Source: Octopus sinensis
Taxonomy: Eukaryota
NCBI RefSeq assembly: GCF_006345805.1
Contig: NC_043009.1
Span: forward strand, 56,854,001 to 56,918,000
Reading direction: 5' to 3'
DNA: 64,000 bases
This document shows positions 37,560 through 51,099 of the stretch, one piece after another. Under the pieces are notes generated by a model that made no database searches, was not told the origin of the DNA, and saw nothing but the letters and a program-made list of their open reading frames with translations. The position numbers were made by a program, and so were the translations under genes. How positions within the stretch are numbered: position 1 is the stretch's first letter; every line of letters starts with the position of its first letter.

Positions 37560-38070
37560 CATTTTGCGCTTTATAAAGTATTTATAAATGGGTTGTTTTG
37601 GGGGGTTTTTTTGCTATTTTTGTTTAGAAAAAACGAATTGGCTCGTATAGTTTGAGTGAATCTACAGGAACAACATCGCTTCCTGTCGGTTCTTTCTCAG
37701 TAGTTCTTTAATCGTGCAGGATTATTACATTGCACATATGTTAATCCTTTTGGCTATATTGTTATTGCTTTTGATGAATAAAATTTGTTGAAAAAAATGC
37801 CGCAATAATTATGCACCAACCCAATATTAATATAAATGTTAATTTATAAGCTGGATGTAGAAGCTGGAGGTTTGATGGCATCTTGTGGCAGTTGCTAATT
37901 GCATGCGTAATATCTTCCATGGAAATATGGTACAAGCTGCATTTCGTCTGCCAAGCAAATGGGAAGCAGTAATTGAAGTAGATGGTGAATATGCTCCGGA
38001 ATAATCAGTTAAAGATGTTTTTATTACATGTTTCTATTGTTTTAGTTGACATGCAAACCACCAAATTTCT
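37560..38070 (+). mobile_element. Mariner remnants (TIR ending 37826; transposase C-terminus about 37930-38003)
   Basis: GCCGCAATAATTATGCACCAACCCAATA resembles a mariner right TIR; AFRLPSKWEAVIEVDGEYAPE*. Confidence 0.5.
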
Positions 38071-38792
38071 TTCTCAGTGGTGTTAATAGCTACGCATGAT
38101 ACGTTGGAACGGTGTACTTCAGCTGCTATTTCTGAAATACTTAAAACATTACTAGAATGTACGATACTTCTACTTGCTTGTGGACATGGAATAATGGAGG
38201 TATTTATGCTCTTTTTTTATGAAATTTTGCTACATCACTGTCATCATTTCCGGTTTCTATCGCAATTTTTAGTTCAATTTACTTTCACTTTTTTTTACGA
38301 CTCTAAATTGCATTTTAACCCCTATTTATTATGTTCACTATTCGGCAACCCTAATATATTCTAATTTAGTTTAGATGTCACAGATTATTTTGTTAGCAAC
38401 GCTTCACTGATCTGTGCCAAAGCAGAAGGATTAGGTTGTTGCAGTTAGTGTTGTTTTTGGTGGTGTAGTTAATGATGAAGGTGGTGGTGGTGGTGGTGGT
38501 GGTGTTGTGATAATGATGATCTTGTTGTTATCGTTAGTGGTAGTGATGTTATTGTTGTTGATGTTATTGGTGTGTAATGGTGATAGTGTCGAGGTAGTCG
38601 TAGTCGGTGATGGTGTTGCTGACGATGATGGTGATACTGTAAGATTTGTTGCTGGCGTTGGTGACGATAATCATGTCGTTACCGGCGAGAGCGGTGTTGT
38701 TAGTCTTGTAAATTGTTAAGCGGTGGTGGCGATGGTATTATTGTTGATGTTGTTGTAGGTGGTGTTGGCGGTGGTGGTGGTGGTGGTGGTGG

Positions 38793-38826
<34 letters not shown>

Positions 38827-39486
38827 TTCAGTGTCAGTGTCAGTGACAGTAATGGCATTATTTTTGTAATAAATGTTGTTTTTACTGATGTTGCTAATGT
38901 TTATCCAGTGTCATTTCTGATCCAAGACATCTCTACGAGCAGAGGGTTTTTTTTTCCATCCGTGACAATCCCGTCTTTTATTCAAACACAGTATATGACT
39001 ACATTATCCAATGTACCCTTCTCTACTATACAAAATAAGGTGTGACTTAATGTTTGATTGGACTGCTATTTTCAGCTTGACAATCGACTGCATAGAAGCC
39101 TCCTCATTGGCTCAGTTTGTTTCAATAAACTGAAAATCCTGTTACCAATATTCTTTGAGTTAATTAACTTGAGATTTCAGCAATAGTCGGTTAGTCTTCC
39201 CCTGTGCGTGTGTGTACTTGTGTACGTCTGTCAGCCAACCCGTCTCTATATATGTATGTATATCTGCATCAGCATATTCATGTAGAAATGGCTGTGTGCA
39301 TGCACGTGTACATCTATGTGTATATGTCCTGTCTATGTATATATCAATATATCTCTGTTCATGTCCTACCTGGCCCTGTCTATGCATATGTATCCCTGTG
39401 CCTGTTTGTATCGCATATTTATATATATATACCGGCAGAAAAACTGCTCTCCGGGTAGTTTTCTCCCAGTTAGACATTTGAAAACG

Positions 39487-40010
39487 ACGGCGAGCTGGCA
39501 GAATCGTTAGCACGCCGGACGAAACGTTTGGCAGTGTGTCGTCTGTCTTTACGTCCTGAGTTCAAATTCCGTCAAGGTCGGTTTTGCCGTTCATCCTTTC
39601 GGGGTCGATAAATTAAATATCAGTTGCGTACTTGGGTCGATCTAATCGACAGCTCCCCACCCCAAATTTCGGGCCTTGTGCCAAGAGTAGAAAAGAATAT
39701 TTAGACATTTGATTTCCAATTTATTTAACTTTTCCTATATGCTATGTCTAATTTTCTTTTGTATCTTTTATCCATTTGATATTTGTTATACGTAAGGTGG
39801 CGAGCTGGCAGAATCGTCTGCACGCCAGGCAAAATTCTTAGTGGCATTTCGTCCGTCTTTGTGTTCTGAGTTCAAATTCCGCCGAAGTCGACTTTGCCTG
39901 TCATCCTTCCGGCGTCGATAAAATGAATACCCGTTGAACACTGGAGTCGGTCTAACCAACTTAACCTCTCACTGAAATTGCTGGCCTTGGGCCAAAATTT
40001 GAAACTAATA
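39487..40010 (+). mobile_element. Two SINE family B copies (39487-39705, 39795-40010)
   Basis: Family B head and GTCGACTTTGCC core. Confidence 0.8.
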
Positions 40011-40788
40011 TTTCCTTTTATCGCAGTCTTAAAGGTAGCCCATTTACGTGGTCATTTTGTATGCTAGAAATAGCAGGGATAACATGAGTAAATTCTAAAA
40101 CCTATAGTATACGAAACAACCACAACAGTAAATTTACCTCCCGTGTTTTTTTTTTTTTAATTTTCAAATTATGCAGGTATCACAGGAAAATTTCATTTTT
40201 ATTAAAAGTATTTATTTAACAATTACAAGAAAGATGGTTTTCTGCTTCTCGCTAAATAACATTTACTCAGTTGATTCTCAATTCGTGTAATTTTTCTGAT
40301 ATGTTATGATTACTTAACCTTTGTATCTTTCATTCAAGTAGCATTCATTCGCTCAATAAATAAATTTAATATAATAGCTAGCACCCAAAGACATATTTTT
40401 TTTAATTCCCGTACCTCAAATGAAGTACGATAGAACGAACAGCAATACCAGCAAAGGAATTAACTATTGGAAAATATGTAACAGACTAGCTTAAGGTGAC
40501 CCGCTCTACGCGCAGGAGAGGATGTGGTTGTTAATTTCTCTTGCTTCCTTTCTGTTTCTTATCGCCACATTCTCCAACTTTGTTTCTCCCTCCTTTCTCT
40601 CTCACCTTCCCACTATCTTATTCTTCCTTTCTCTTGGATTCTCGCTCGCTTTCTCTTACTATCTATCTTTCTCTATCTATCTCTCTCCCATTTATAAAAA
40701 ATTAGATTTCCGCGCTTAAATTACAAATCCGCTTCCACTTTACCATGTTAAAAATTAGATTGAAATCGAGCAAAAATGTCCAATCTTA

Positions 40789-40944
40789 AAATAACTTAGC
40801 GTTTCGCCAATCGAGATCGATAAAATAACATAGCGGTTCACCAATCGAAATTGATAAAATAACTCAGCGGTCCGCCAAGGAGATCGATAAAATAACTTAG
40901 AGGTTCGCATAAGGAGATCCATAAAATCATTTAGCGGTTCGCTA
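40789..40944 (+). repeat. ~34-bp minisatellite, 4.5 units, similar to an internal segment of SINE A
   Basis: AATAACTTAGCGGTTCGCCAA(TC)GAGATCGATAA versus SINE A CTTAGCGGTTCGGCAAAAGAGACCGATAGAATAA. Confidence 0.7.
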
Positions 40945-40982
40945 AAATTTTTCTTTTTTTTTTATCTTTCACTTATTTCGTT

Positions 40983-41260
40983 TGTGGCCATGCTAGGGCT
41001 CCACCTTCTATAGGTGTCTTTTACCGAACCGCTAAGTTACGTGGATGTAAACAAACCATCACCGGTTATCAGCCTGTGGTGACATACACACACGCACATA
41101 TATACGACGGGCTTCTTTCATTTTCCCGTCTATCAAATCCACTCACAAAGCATTGGTTGACCTGAGGCTATGGTAGAAGACACTTGCCCAAAGCACTGCC
41201 AAGTGGGGCTGAACTCGGAACTATGTGGTTGGGAAGCCAACTTCTTACCACACAGCCACA
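40983..41260 (-). mobile_element. Older SINE family A copy
   Basis: GGCCATGCTAGG...CCGAACCGCTAAGTTACG...GACACTTGCCCAA...ACCACACAGCCAC. Confidence 0.75.
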
Positions 41261-42637
41261 CCGTAAGTCAAGAATCTTTGAAAGCCGACAGTTAACAAAA
41301 GGATTAGTGTGAAAGGATGACATCAAATATATTTGATTAAATGGCAGATCAAAGTAATACTCAATTTACTTCTGCAGCTTTCTTCTGTCTCTACAAAAAC
41401 CATTTTCATGTCTTACCATTAGATCGCAAGGTCATGTCTTGCTATCAGGTTTTTCCGCCCTTATCTCATTAAGGAGTGGGAGAACCCCGTTTATAATACA
41501 TTTAATGTAACATCCCAACCCTCTCTATTGTCTAAAATAAATTTGAGCGCATTAAAAATTTTGCCAAGAGATTATATCAGTGGATACTTACCATTAGATT
41601 TTTGTGAGTAAATTTTTAAAAATAAACATTTAATTAGAATACCCGAACCCAAGTGATATTTGGGGCTTGAAGATAAGTGGAATCAATCTGTACGTAGCTG
41701 AAGAGTCAATCGTTACAAATTCACACTCAGTGTTACCATTAGAACTTCTTGGTAGATCTTAGTACTAGATTTCTCTGTTAGATATCTCTGTGAAATCTTT
41801 TACCACTTCGTTAGTTCTTCTACGCTGCTGCATGCCAATAGTAAGGTGCAAAAATAACTGTGTTTACATCTCGGAATAGTTTCTTTTTTATGCTGGACAG
41901 ACAGTCCAGCTGGATTAGTAAAGCTGCTTTTCGCTAAATGAGTTTGAACAAGACATGTAGACGTCACAGAGGCAAAAGAGAACGATAAGAAGAGGAATGA
42001 AAAAGATGAGAACAGGCGAAGTGAAAGGCGGAAGGGAGAAGATAGAGAAAGAGAGCGAGAGAGGGAGAGAATGTGTGAAGGAGAGAGAAAATGTCGAAGG
42101 AAGAGAAAAAGATAGAGATATATAATTGATTAAGAACAATATTGGTTTAGATAGAGATCCAAGTTATTGCTTAAGTAAATGTGAAGAATGCTTAAGAAAA
42201 TAAGTTAGAATATATTCTTAGAGACCGCACAGCGTCTGACGCCGACTGGATATTATTTATATAATGGTGGCGGCGCTGGTGGAGTGAGAAACATTATACA
42301 CTTGCCAGTTGTTGTCATACATAAACAAACACAGCCAGATATTGTCGTCAATGAAACAGCCTGCTTGCATTGATGGGGTGGCCATTTAACTAAACTTGTT
42401 ACAGGCCTTTCGCCAGTTATCACATAGTAATGTCTCTAATATATTTGATGTTCATACATCTATCATTAATCTTTATTAATGTTTGTTTGTCTGAGAGTTG
42501 CACGTTGACAGAAACCAGTGGAGAACCGGACTAAATTGCTGTTTAAAATTTTTCTGTACTGTTTTTTTTTTTTCTTTTTAAGATATATGCTTGGATGTTC
42601 CAGGTTCAATAATCATTGGGTAACTATCAGAAAAGGC

Positions 42638-43680
42638 AGTGACTTGGCAGAATCGTTCGTACGCCGGGCAAAATACTTAGCGGAATTTCGTCCGTTTTTA
42701 CGTCGAGTTCAAATCCAGCCGAGGTCGACTTTACCTTTTATCCTTTCATGGTCGATAGAATAAGTAACAGTCGAACACGGGAGTCGATGTAATTGAATTA
42801 TCCCTTCCCCCAATACTGCTGGCCTTGTGCCAAAATTTGAAGCCAATATTTAGCCTGAGATAAGGCGGCGAGCTGGTAGAAACGTTAGCACGCCGAGCGA
42901 AATGCTTAGTGGTATTTCGCCTGCCGCTACGTTCTGAGTTCAAATTCTGCCGAGGTCGACTTTGCCTTTCATCCTTTCGGGGTCGATTAAATAAGTAACA
43001 GTTACGCACTAGGGTCGATGTAATCGACTTAATCCGTTTGTGTGTCCTTGCTTGTCCCCTCTGTGTTTAGCCCTTGTGGGTAGTAAAGAAATAGAAATAG
43101 GTATTTCGCCTGCCGCTACGTTCTGAGTTCAAATTCCGCCAAGGTCGACTTTGCCTTTCATCCTTTCGTGGTCGATTAAATAAGTACCAGTTACGCACTG
43201 GGGTCGATATAACTGACTTAATCCGTTTGTCTGTCCTTATTTGTCTTCTCTGTGTTTAGCCCCCTGTAGGTTGTAGAGAAATAGGTATTTCGTCTGCCGT
43301 TGCATTATGAGTTCAAATTCCGCCGAGGTCGACTTTGCATTTCATCTTTTCGGGGTTGATTAAATAAATACCAGTTACGTACTGACTGGGGTCGATATAA
43401 TCGACTTAATCCCTTTGTCTGTTCTTGTTTGTCCCCTCTATGTTTAGCTCCTTGTTGGCAATAAAGAAATAAGAATCGTTAGCACTTGGGGAGAAATACT
43501 TAGCGGCATTTCTTCCGAAATGTACTTTCTGAGTTCAAATTCCACCGGAGTCGACCTTATCTTTCATCTTTTAGGGGTCGATAAAATAAGTTACATCAAT
43601 CCGAATTGAGCAATGGGGGTCGATGTACATTATCCCCTCCCTCGAACTTGCTGGCCTTGTGCCAAAATACAAAACCAATA
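42638..43680 (+). mobile_element. Head-to-tail array of about five SINE family B units
   Basis: Heads at about 42640 and 42864; headless ~190-bp units restart at AATAGGTATTTCG (about 43098, 43282) and GAATCGTTAGCAC (about 43474). Confidence 0.85.
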
Positions 43681-44187
43681 TTTATCCTGCGAAAGAACGA
43701 GTGGCAGTGGCTGTAACCTTTGCCTGGGACTCTCTGACCAATGAGGTCAATACGAGGATATTCAGTATGACATTCTGGCGGCCAGTTACTGGCAGTTTGG
43801 TCAAGGCTATTCTTAAAGAAAGCTTAATGCAGAAACTGTTTATGTTCATAGGGAACTCCAACAACTTCTCCGCTGTAATTAGAAATCTAGTCCCAGGTTT
43901 CAACAGAAGAATCTCTAATTTACAGACGGAAAGGCATCTTCAACAAGGTCTCACCACATTATAACGTGATATTGGTGAGGATTAAAAGCATTAGAGGACC
44001 CTCCTCTTCCATTCCAACCCCGAAGAAATTTAGAATGAGAAAGTAAATTTTGCTTAATTCTCCATTCAATCTAAATGTCTACGAATTTATCTCGGAGTTA
44101 CTTGTCCTTAACTAGACAGGATTTCCCAAACACCTAGCATTTGTCCAAACACGTTAATGCTCATAACGTTAAGATTTGATACTTACA

Positions 44188-44566
44188 CAGTAATACCTCG
44201 CAGTATGAGTTCAATTCGTTCCATGACCGATGTTTGTCTTACGATTTACTCGCTTTACAAATCAATTTTCCCCATTGAAATAAATTAAAATATAATTAAT
44301 CTGTTCCAGCACCCCCAAAACCACTCAAAAATTGTTTTTATAGATTTTAAAACGGAAAAGGTGTAATTACAGGTAAAATGACAATTATAAAAAGGAGAAT
44401 GCAAAAAAAACATTGTAAAGTGGTTTTATTAACTGAATTACCTTAAAGATTTGTGTGCTCGTACTGCGGATTTCCGTTCGTACTTCGAGACAAAAATTCG
44501 CACGTGTCCCGGCTCGTACAGAAAATCACTCGTACAATGGAGCACTCGTACTGCGAGGTTCTACTG
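44188..44566 (-). mobile_element. Tigger-type MITE, internal-deletion derivative of the 53817 element
   Basis: TIRs CAGTAATACCTCGCAGTA / TACTGCGAGGTTCTACTG followed by TA; both ends align to the termini of 53817-55493 in opposite orientation. Confidence 0.8.
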
Positions 44567-44604
44567 TACTTGGACAACAGCTTTCAATATTGCACGCTAC
44601 AGTA

Positions 44605-44605
44605 G

Positions 44606-44651
<46 letters not shown>

Positions 44652-44652
44652 A

Positions 44653-44691
<39 letters not shown>

Positions 44692-44866
44692 AACACACAC
44701 ACACAAACACACACACACACACACAACACACAAACACACACACACACACACGCAAACACACACACACACACACCACACAAACACACACACACAAACACAC
44801 ACACACACACAAACACACACACAAACACACACACACACACAAACACACACAGACACACACACACAA

Positions 44867-44898
<32 letters not shown>

Positions 44899-44915
44899 AC
44901 AGACACACACACGCA

Positions 44916-44949
<34 letters not shown>

Positions 44950-44962
44950 AACACACACACAT
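44605..44962. repeat. (AC)n/(ACAA) array
   Basis: Direct inspection. Confidence 0.95.
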
Positions 44963-45272
44963 ACTCCGTCGGTTACAACGACGAGTGTTCCAGTTGATTC
45001 GATCAACGGAACAGTCTGTTCGTGAAAATGAACGTGTAAAGTGGCTGAGCACTTCTACAATCCCACGTCCCCTTAACGCAGTTGTCAGAGAGATTCGGCG
45101 TGACACCGAATGTGTCATGGCCAACCCTTTGGATTACAGATACAACTCATTTTTGACGGCTTCGTGAACTGGAACAAAGTAAAATAAAGTGTGTTTCTCA
45201 ACGTGCCGCCAGGAATCGAACTCACGATCGTAAGCTCGTGAACGAATCCCCTAACCACTTAGCCACATACCT
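44963..45272. mobile_element. Family E repeat (44963-45165, +) and tRNA-like SINE head fragment (about 45200-45272, -)
   Basis: ACTCCGTCGGTTACAACGACGAG start; reverse complement of GGCTAAGTGGTTAGG..GAGTTCGATTCC. Confidence 0.55.
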
Positions 45273-45958
45273 TCACCGCACGCACACACACACACACATC
45301 CACAGAGACCACTCGAGACTAAATGTCAGCTGGGAGGATCATGTCTCATAAAGGCTGTGTTCTATTGAATTGCTCTCTCGTGGATACCATAGAATACCAC
45401 GAAAAACTACAGGGGTCTAAGAACAGGTAACCTATTCAAAAACCATTTTGCAGAACCTACAACGGAGTGGAAACGTAAATGGATAATCCTCGGAGATCTG
45501 ATGTAAATGCTTGACACAGACTGAATTCTGTTAGAGGTACCCGAGGACCAGGTGGTGATGTAGAATCTGGGTGATGGATTGAGCGTGTATACAATTTTGA
45601 GAATTAGTATTTTGTGTTAGGAGTTGAAACAGGATTAATTTCTATTTGACACAGTTCTCGATTCTCCGCTTGACACGACCATCCTCAAACGGGAAACCAC
45701 GGCGTCGACGCGTGTTCGAATTATGATCAGAAATATGCTTTTATCGACAACAGAAAACCATAAATTCAAGGCTTGGCACAAATGTACTAAGGGTTTCTCG
45801 GTGAGAGACTCTGGTTTTGAAAACTCAGCGTTACTTTTCATTTGTAGCTTCCTGTTTACATAGATACATACATTCATATTTGTGTATATGTATGTATGTA
45901 TGTATGTGTGTGTGTTTGTGCATGTGTATGTGTGTATATACATATGTGTGTGTTTGTA

Positions 45959-45989
<31 letters not shown>

Positions 45990-46077
45990 TAATAATAAAT
46001 ATTAGGGAATAAATCCAAACTTACAGGGGAAAATCAGATTTAGGATTGAATCCAATTTTATAGTAAAATATTATATT

Positions 46078-46391
46078 ATATTAAATTAGAGACAAAACCC
46101 ACAATTAGGCAAATCATACAATGAAAAACTTAAGCCAATACATAAGATTATTTAATTTATATTATTTAAATATATAACAAAATTATTAAAAAAATATAAT
46201 TAATTATATTTTTTATAATATAATATAATATATATTATAATTAATTTAATAATTATTAATATAATATATATTATAATTAATATATTTTTAATAATTTTGT
46301 TATATATTTAAATAATATAAATTAAATAAACTTATGTATTGGCTTAAGTTTTTCATTGTATGATTTGCCTAATAGTGGTTTTATCTCTAAT

Positions 46392-46398
<7 letters not shown>
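46078..46398. repeat. AT-rich inverted repeat, arms about 120 bp
   Basis: TTAGGCAAATCATACAATGAAAAACTTAAGCCAATACATAAG is exactly inverted at about 46331-46372. Confidence 0.85.
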
Positions 46399-46438
<40 letters not shown>

Positions 46439-46747
46439 CATTCATACATGCATATTGTATATACATTATTTATGTACATGCGTGAATATACAGACCACAT
46501 ATTCATACCCACACAAATGTTAATAGATGTGTGCATGACAAAAAGAAGTTATTTTTTAAAGTCTATAAACAACAAATAGTGATTCGTTCAACAGCTCATT
46601 TTAAAAAAAATTTTGACAGTACCTTCGAAGTTTCGTCGGATTTTCGGCATATTCACTCAGTTTGGACATATCGGCGAAACTTCTTAAGTCACTGTCAATG
46701 AAATTATTATAAAATACATATGTGTGTGTGTGTGTGAATGCGTGTGG

Positions 46748-46785
<38 letters not shown>

Positions 46786-46863
46786 TTCTCTATCTCTCTC
46801 TCTCTCTCTCTATCTCTAATCTATAATCTATTTATCTATCTATCTATCTACTATCTATCTATC

Positions 46864-46896
<33 letters not shown>

Positions 46897-47142
46897 TATA
46901 TATAATTAGTCAAAACGACACTTCTTTCGTGTCGCTTTGACTAATCTAGAAACGTACTCTCAAAATATATATATATATATATATATTTCAATCTATCTAT
47001 CTATCAATCTATCTATCTAATCATCTATATATCTATTATCTATATATATATATATAATATATATCAATCAATCTATATATCTATCTATCAATCTATCTAT
47101 CTGTCTATCTATCTATCTATCTGCCTATTAATCTATCATTCA

Positions 47143-47187
<45 letters not shown>

Positions 47188-47230
47188 CCAATATATCTAT
47201 CTACCTATCAATCTATCAGTCAATCAATCA

Positions 47231-47280
<50 letters not shown>

Positions 47281-47701
47281 TTGCCTATTAATCTATCAAT
47301 CAATCGATCAATCAATCAATCTATCTATCTATCTACCAATATATCTATCTACCTATCAATCTATCAGTCAATTAATCAATCTATCTGTCTATCTATCTGT
47401 CTGTCTGTCTGTCTGTACATACATACCCACACATCCACGCATTCATATTGGCATGTGTGCATGTATGAGAATTTGTGTGTGGTCCTATGTGTGGGGAGGT
47501 GCGTGCGCGCATATTATGCAATGTTCGTTTCATCGCCCTCCTCATATACACTGTGTAGGACGACGTGTCTTGGGCTTTCAGGCAGCAAAAGTTATCACCA
47601 ATAAAAAAAAAAAGAGAAAACTACTAACATGCGCACGCACGCGCACACACGCAAACACTCTCACACACACACGCACACACAATACACACACGAATACACA
47701 T

Positions 47702-48077
47702 AGCGCAGAAGTGGCTGTGTGGTAAGTAGCTTGCTAACCAACCACATGGTTCCGGGTTCAGTTCCACTGCGTGGCAACTTGGGCAAGTGTCTTCTACTAT
47801 AGCCCCGGGTTAACCAATGCTTTGTGAGTGGATTTGGTAGACGGAAACTGAAAGAAGCCTGTCGTATATATGTATATGTCTGTGTTTGCTCCCCTAGCAT
47901 TGCTTGACAACCGATGCTGGTGTGTTTACGTCCCCGTCACTTAGCGGTTCGGCAAAAGAGACCGATAGAATAAGTACTGGGCTTACAAAGAATAAGTTCC
48001 GGGGTTGATTTTCTCGACTAAAGGCGGTGCTCCAGCATGGCCGCAGTCAAATGACTGAAACAAGTAAAAGGGTAAAG
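47702..48077 (+). mobile_element. SINE family A (CpG intact)
   Basis: Near-identical to 11621-12086. Confidence 0.9.
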
Positions 48078-48820
48078 AGTACACGACATATTTGTGCTTG
48101 TACAAATAATCATACTGACGCGCACTCAACGAAACAAATAAAATATTGTATGTGTGTGCGTATGTTTTACGTTCTTGTCCCAGTTTGTATTTTTTACATA
48201 TAATATATATAGCGACGTCCGTACCCTCTTTGGCCTTATGTAAGTACATTATATATATATTATATGAATATATATATAATATATATATATATTATATATA
48301 TATATATATATATAATATATATATATATATAATAATATATATATATATATAATACATATACATATATATATATATATATATACATATATATACAATACAT
48401 ATATATTATTATATATATACATATACATATATATATATATATATATGTGTGGTGTGTGTGTGTGTGTATGTATATATATATATAATATATATATATATAT
48501 ATTATATATATATGTTATATATATATAATATATAAATGTGTGTGTGTATATATATATGCATACATATAGGTGCATCGATGCACATAGACAGGCAGGCGCG
48601 TTCGCAACCATATAAGTTACTGGAAAATTTCCCAAGGGTCATCGTTCCGTATTTGACGTGGTGAGCGGAAAATTATTATTTATGAATTGAAATTGTAAAC
48701 ATTTACATATATGCTTGAGAACACGCGCGCGCGCACACACACACACACACACCACACACACACACACAACACACACACACACATATATACGTTTTCTCAT
48801 CTCCACTTTCTTCCTCTCAT

Positions 48821-48859
48821 CCTTTTCTGTCGAAGAGCGTAGGCTTGAAACGTCGAAGG
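48821..48859 (+). ncRNA. Hammerhead-like motif with A6U
   Basis: CCTTTT-CTGTCGA-A-GAGC GTAG GCTT-GAAA-CGTC|GAAGG; ACGT palindromic stem III. Confidence 0.4.
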
Positions 48860-49332
48860 CTTTTCCATTTTACTTGAGTGTCAAGCTAATACATCTGTTT
48901 GTTGTTCCCTCACGAGGCTTCGTTTTTGTTCTCTGTACATGTGAACCATTTACACTCACACATATATATATACATACACACATTTCATACATGTATGTAT
49001 ATGTGTGTGGATATGTATATAATATATATACATACATGCATACATACATATTTTTATATATATATATATACACGTATACAAACAGACACGTATATTTGCA
49101 CATGTTACAGATATACAGATACACATAAGCACACACACCACACACACACACACAAACACAAACACACACACACATATATAAGTATGTATCAATATTCGTT
49201 TAGTTAGCAATCAGTGATTTCTTTACATCTTACAGTGAATTCATTGACTATTTTCTAATAAATATATAAATTCACCTTCATGTGGCGACTTCTCATTTTA
49301 CCGTTTGTAATTAGTCATAGACATATAAATAT

Positions 49333-49411
<79 letters not shown>

Positions 49412-49412
49412 T

Positions 49413-49479
<67 letters not shown>

Positions 49480-49493
49480 TTGATATACATACA

Positions 49494-49524
<31 letters not shown>

Positions 49525-50087
49525 CCGAATGAGAAGATGGATGTGTGTTTATGTATAACCAGTTCGGCAAAGATTTTTTTTTTTTTTTTACAAAACCTGA
49601 CACCTAACACGTGTATACAGACGGTGCTGTAAGTTTCCTATGTTAGTTTAAACGTATATTCACAGTTAATCTTTACTTTGATACATCAACCTCTCTATAA
49701 CGCCTGCAATAAAACTGATATTCAAATCTTGCTTCTTTTTCTATCTCATATTCAATCCTTTTGCTCGTTTTATGTCTGCTTTTCTATGCAAGCATGGGTT
49801 TGACGATTATATCTTTTGAGTATTGCATTACAAACGGATGCTCTTCACGTCGCTAACTTTTACTTGGTTTTGAATTAGAAATCTTTTATTTTATTGATAC
49901 AAAGTGAGAGAACAAGTGGTTTGTTTACAGAAGTGACAAGAACAGCATCATAGAGAGTTGCAGATGTAAACAAGCACAAAGGCACACCCAAGAACACGTA
50001 CGGACACACACATACATGCACAGAGACGCGTCGAGTTTCTTTCTATCTACCAAAATTACTCATAAGGCTTTGGTCTATCCAAAGCTA

Positions 50088-50124
<37 letters not shown>

Positions 50125-50175
50125 ATAATAATCGAAACTGCATCTGTGTAATGATATCAGAATATTATTGTTTAA

Positions 50176-50483
50176 CCCCTTACCCAACAATTATTTTGAA
50201 AATAAATGTATTTTTTCAGACATATTTTTTAATTGTTTTATTTTACTATGTTTTGAATGGTGATTTCGAGGTATATTTCAAACCTTATTTATTATGAATT
50301 TTAATTCAATAATATTGATTTTAAATTACCGCTTTGGGCAGAAACGAGTTAACCCGTTTTTAGACGAAGGAACTCGTTTGCTGTCGATTTTGGCGAGTCT
50401 ATCTTTTGACGAGTTAACTCGCCAGAGATAGAAAAAAACGATTTCGGTCAAAACGAATATATTCGTTTCTGCCGGGTAAGGGG
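50176..50483. mobile_element. TTAA-flanked (piggyBac-type) MITE
   Basis: TTAA-CCCCTTACCC ... GGGTAAGGGG-TTAA; internal inverted GGCAGAAACGA/TCGTTTCTGCC. Confidence 0.7.
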
Positions 50484-51099
50484 TTAATACAAAACATTGT
50501 GAAAAAGAATAATTGAGCTTGAGAAATCCACAGCCATTGTAATTTGGGAAATGAGCGACTTTAATTGAAATACAGATTTTTTTCTTTTTTTTTTTTTTTG
50601 CTTTCACCATACACATTCCAGATCGACTAAACTTTCATTCTAAATTATCGTGCAATGGATAAATCTTCAACAGACATTTGCACAAGATGCTACGCTTTGG
50701 GATTGAATCCAGGACTTCATGATTACAAAAAGAACGTCTTAATCACTCAGCTTTAATCATATTATCTGATCTGATCAGCTTAGTCATTTCAACAATATTT
50801 ATTATAACGTTGAAAGAAAGAAAAAAAAAACACGTTGAAAGGGAAAGAACTCCCATGAATCTTTATTATGCTCCAAAGTTATTTCCCTTAGACTGTTAAT
50901 CTTAGCTAAAATTTTTGTTAATGTTTTCTTGCTTTACAACATCAGTGTGAATGGTTCTGCGGTCACATACTTTATAGGGTATTTACCTGGCGATGCTTTC
51001 AGCCTTCTTCTAAAGTAGAAAAGTGAAACGCCCTATAGCGTTAGACGTGACTATAACTTTTGTGTCAATATTTTCCATAAGTACATCTTGCTTATCACC

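Noticed and set aside
40789-40944. CRISPR-like array
   Set aside because: Contiguous tandem units without unique spacers; eukaryotic context; derived from a SINE.
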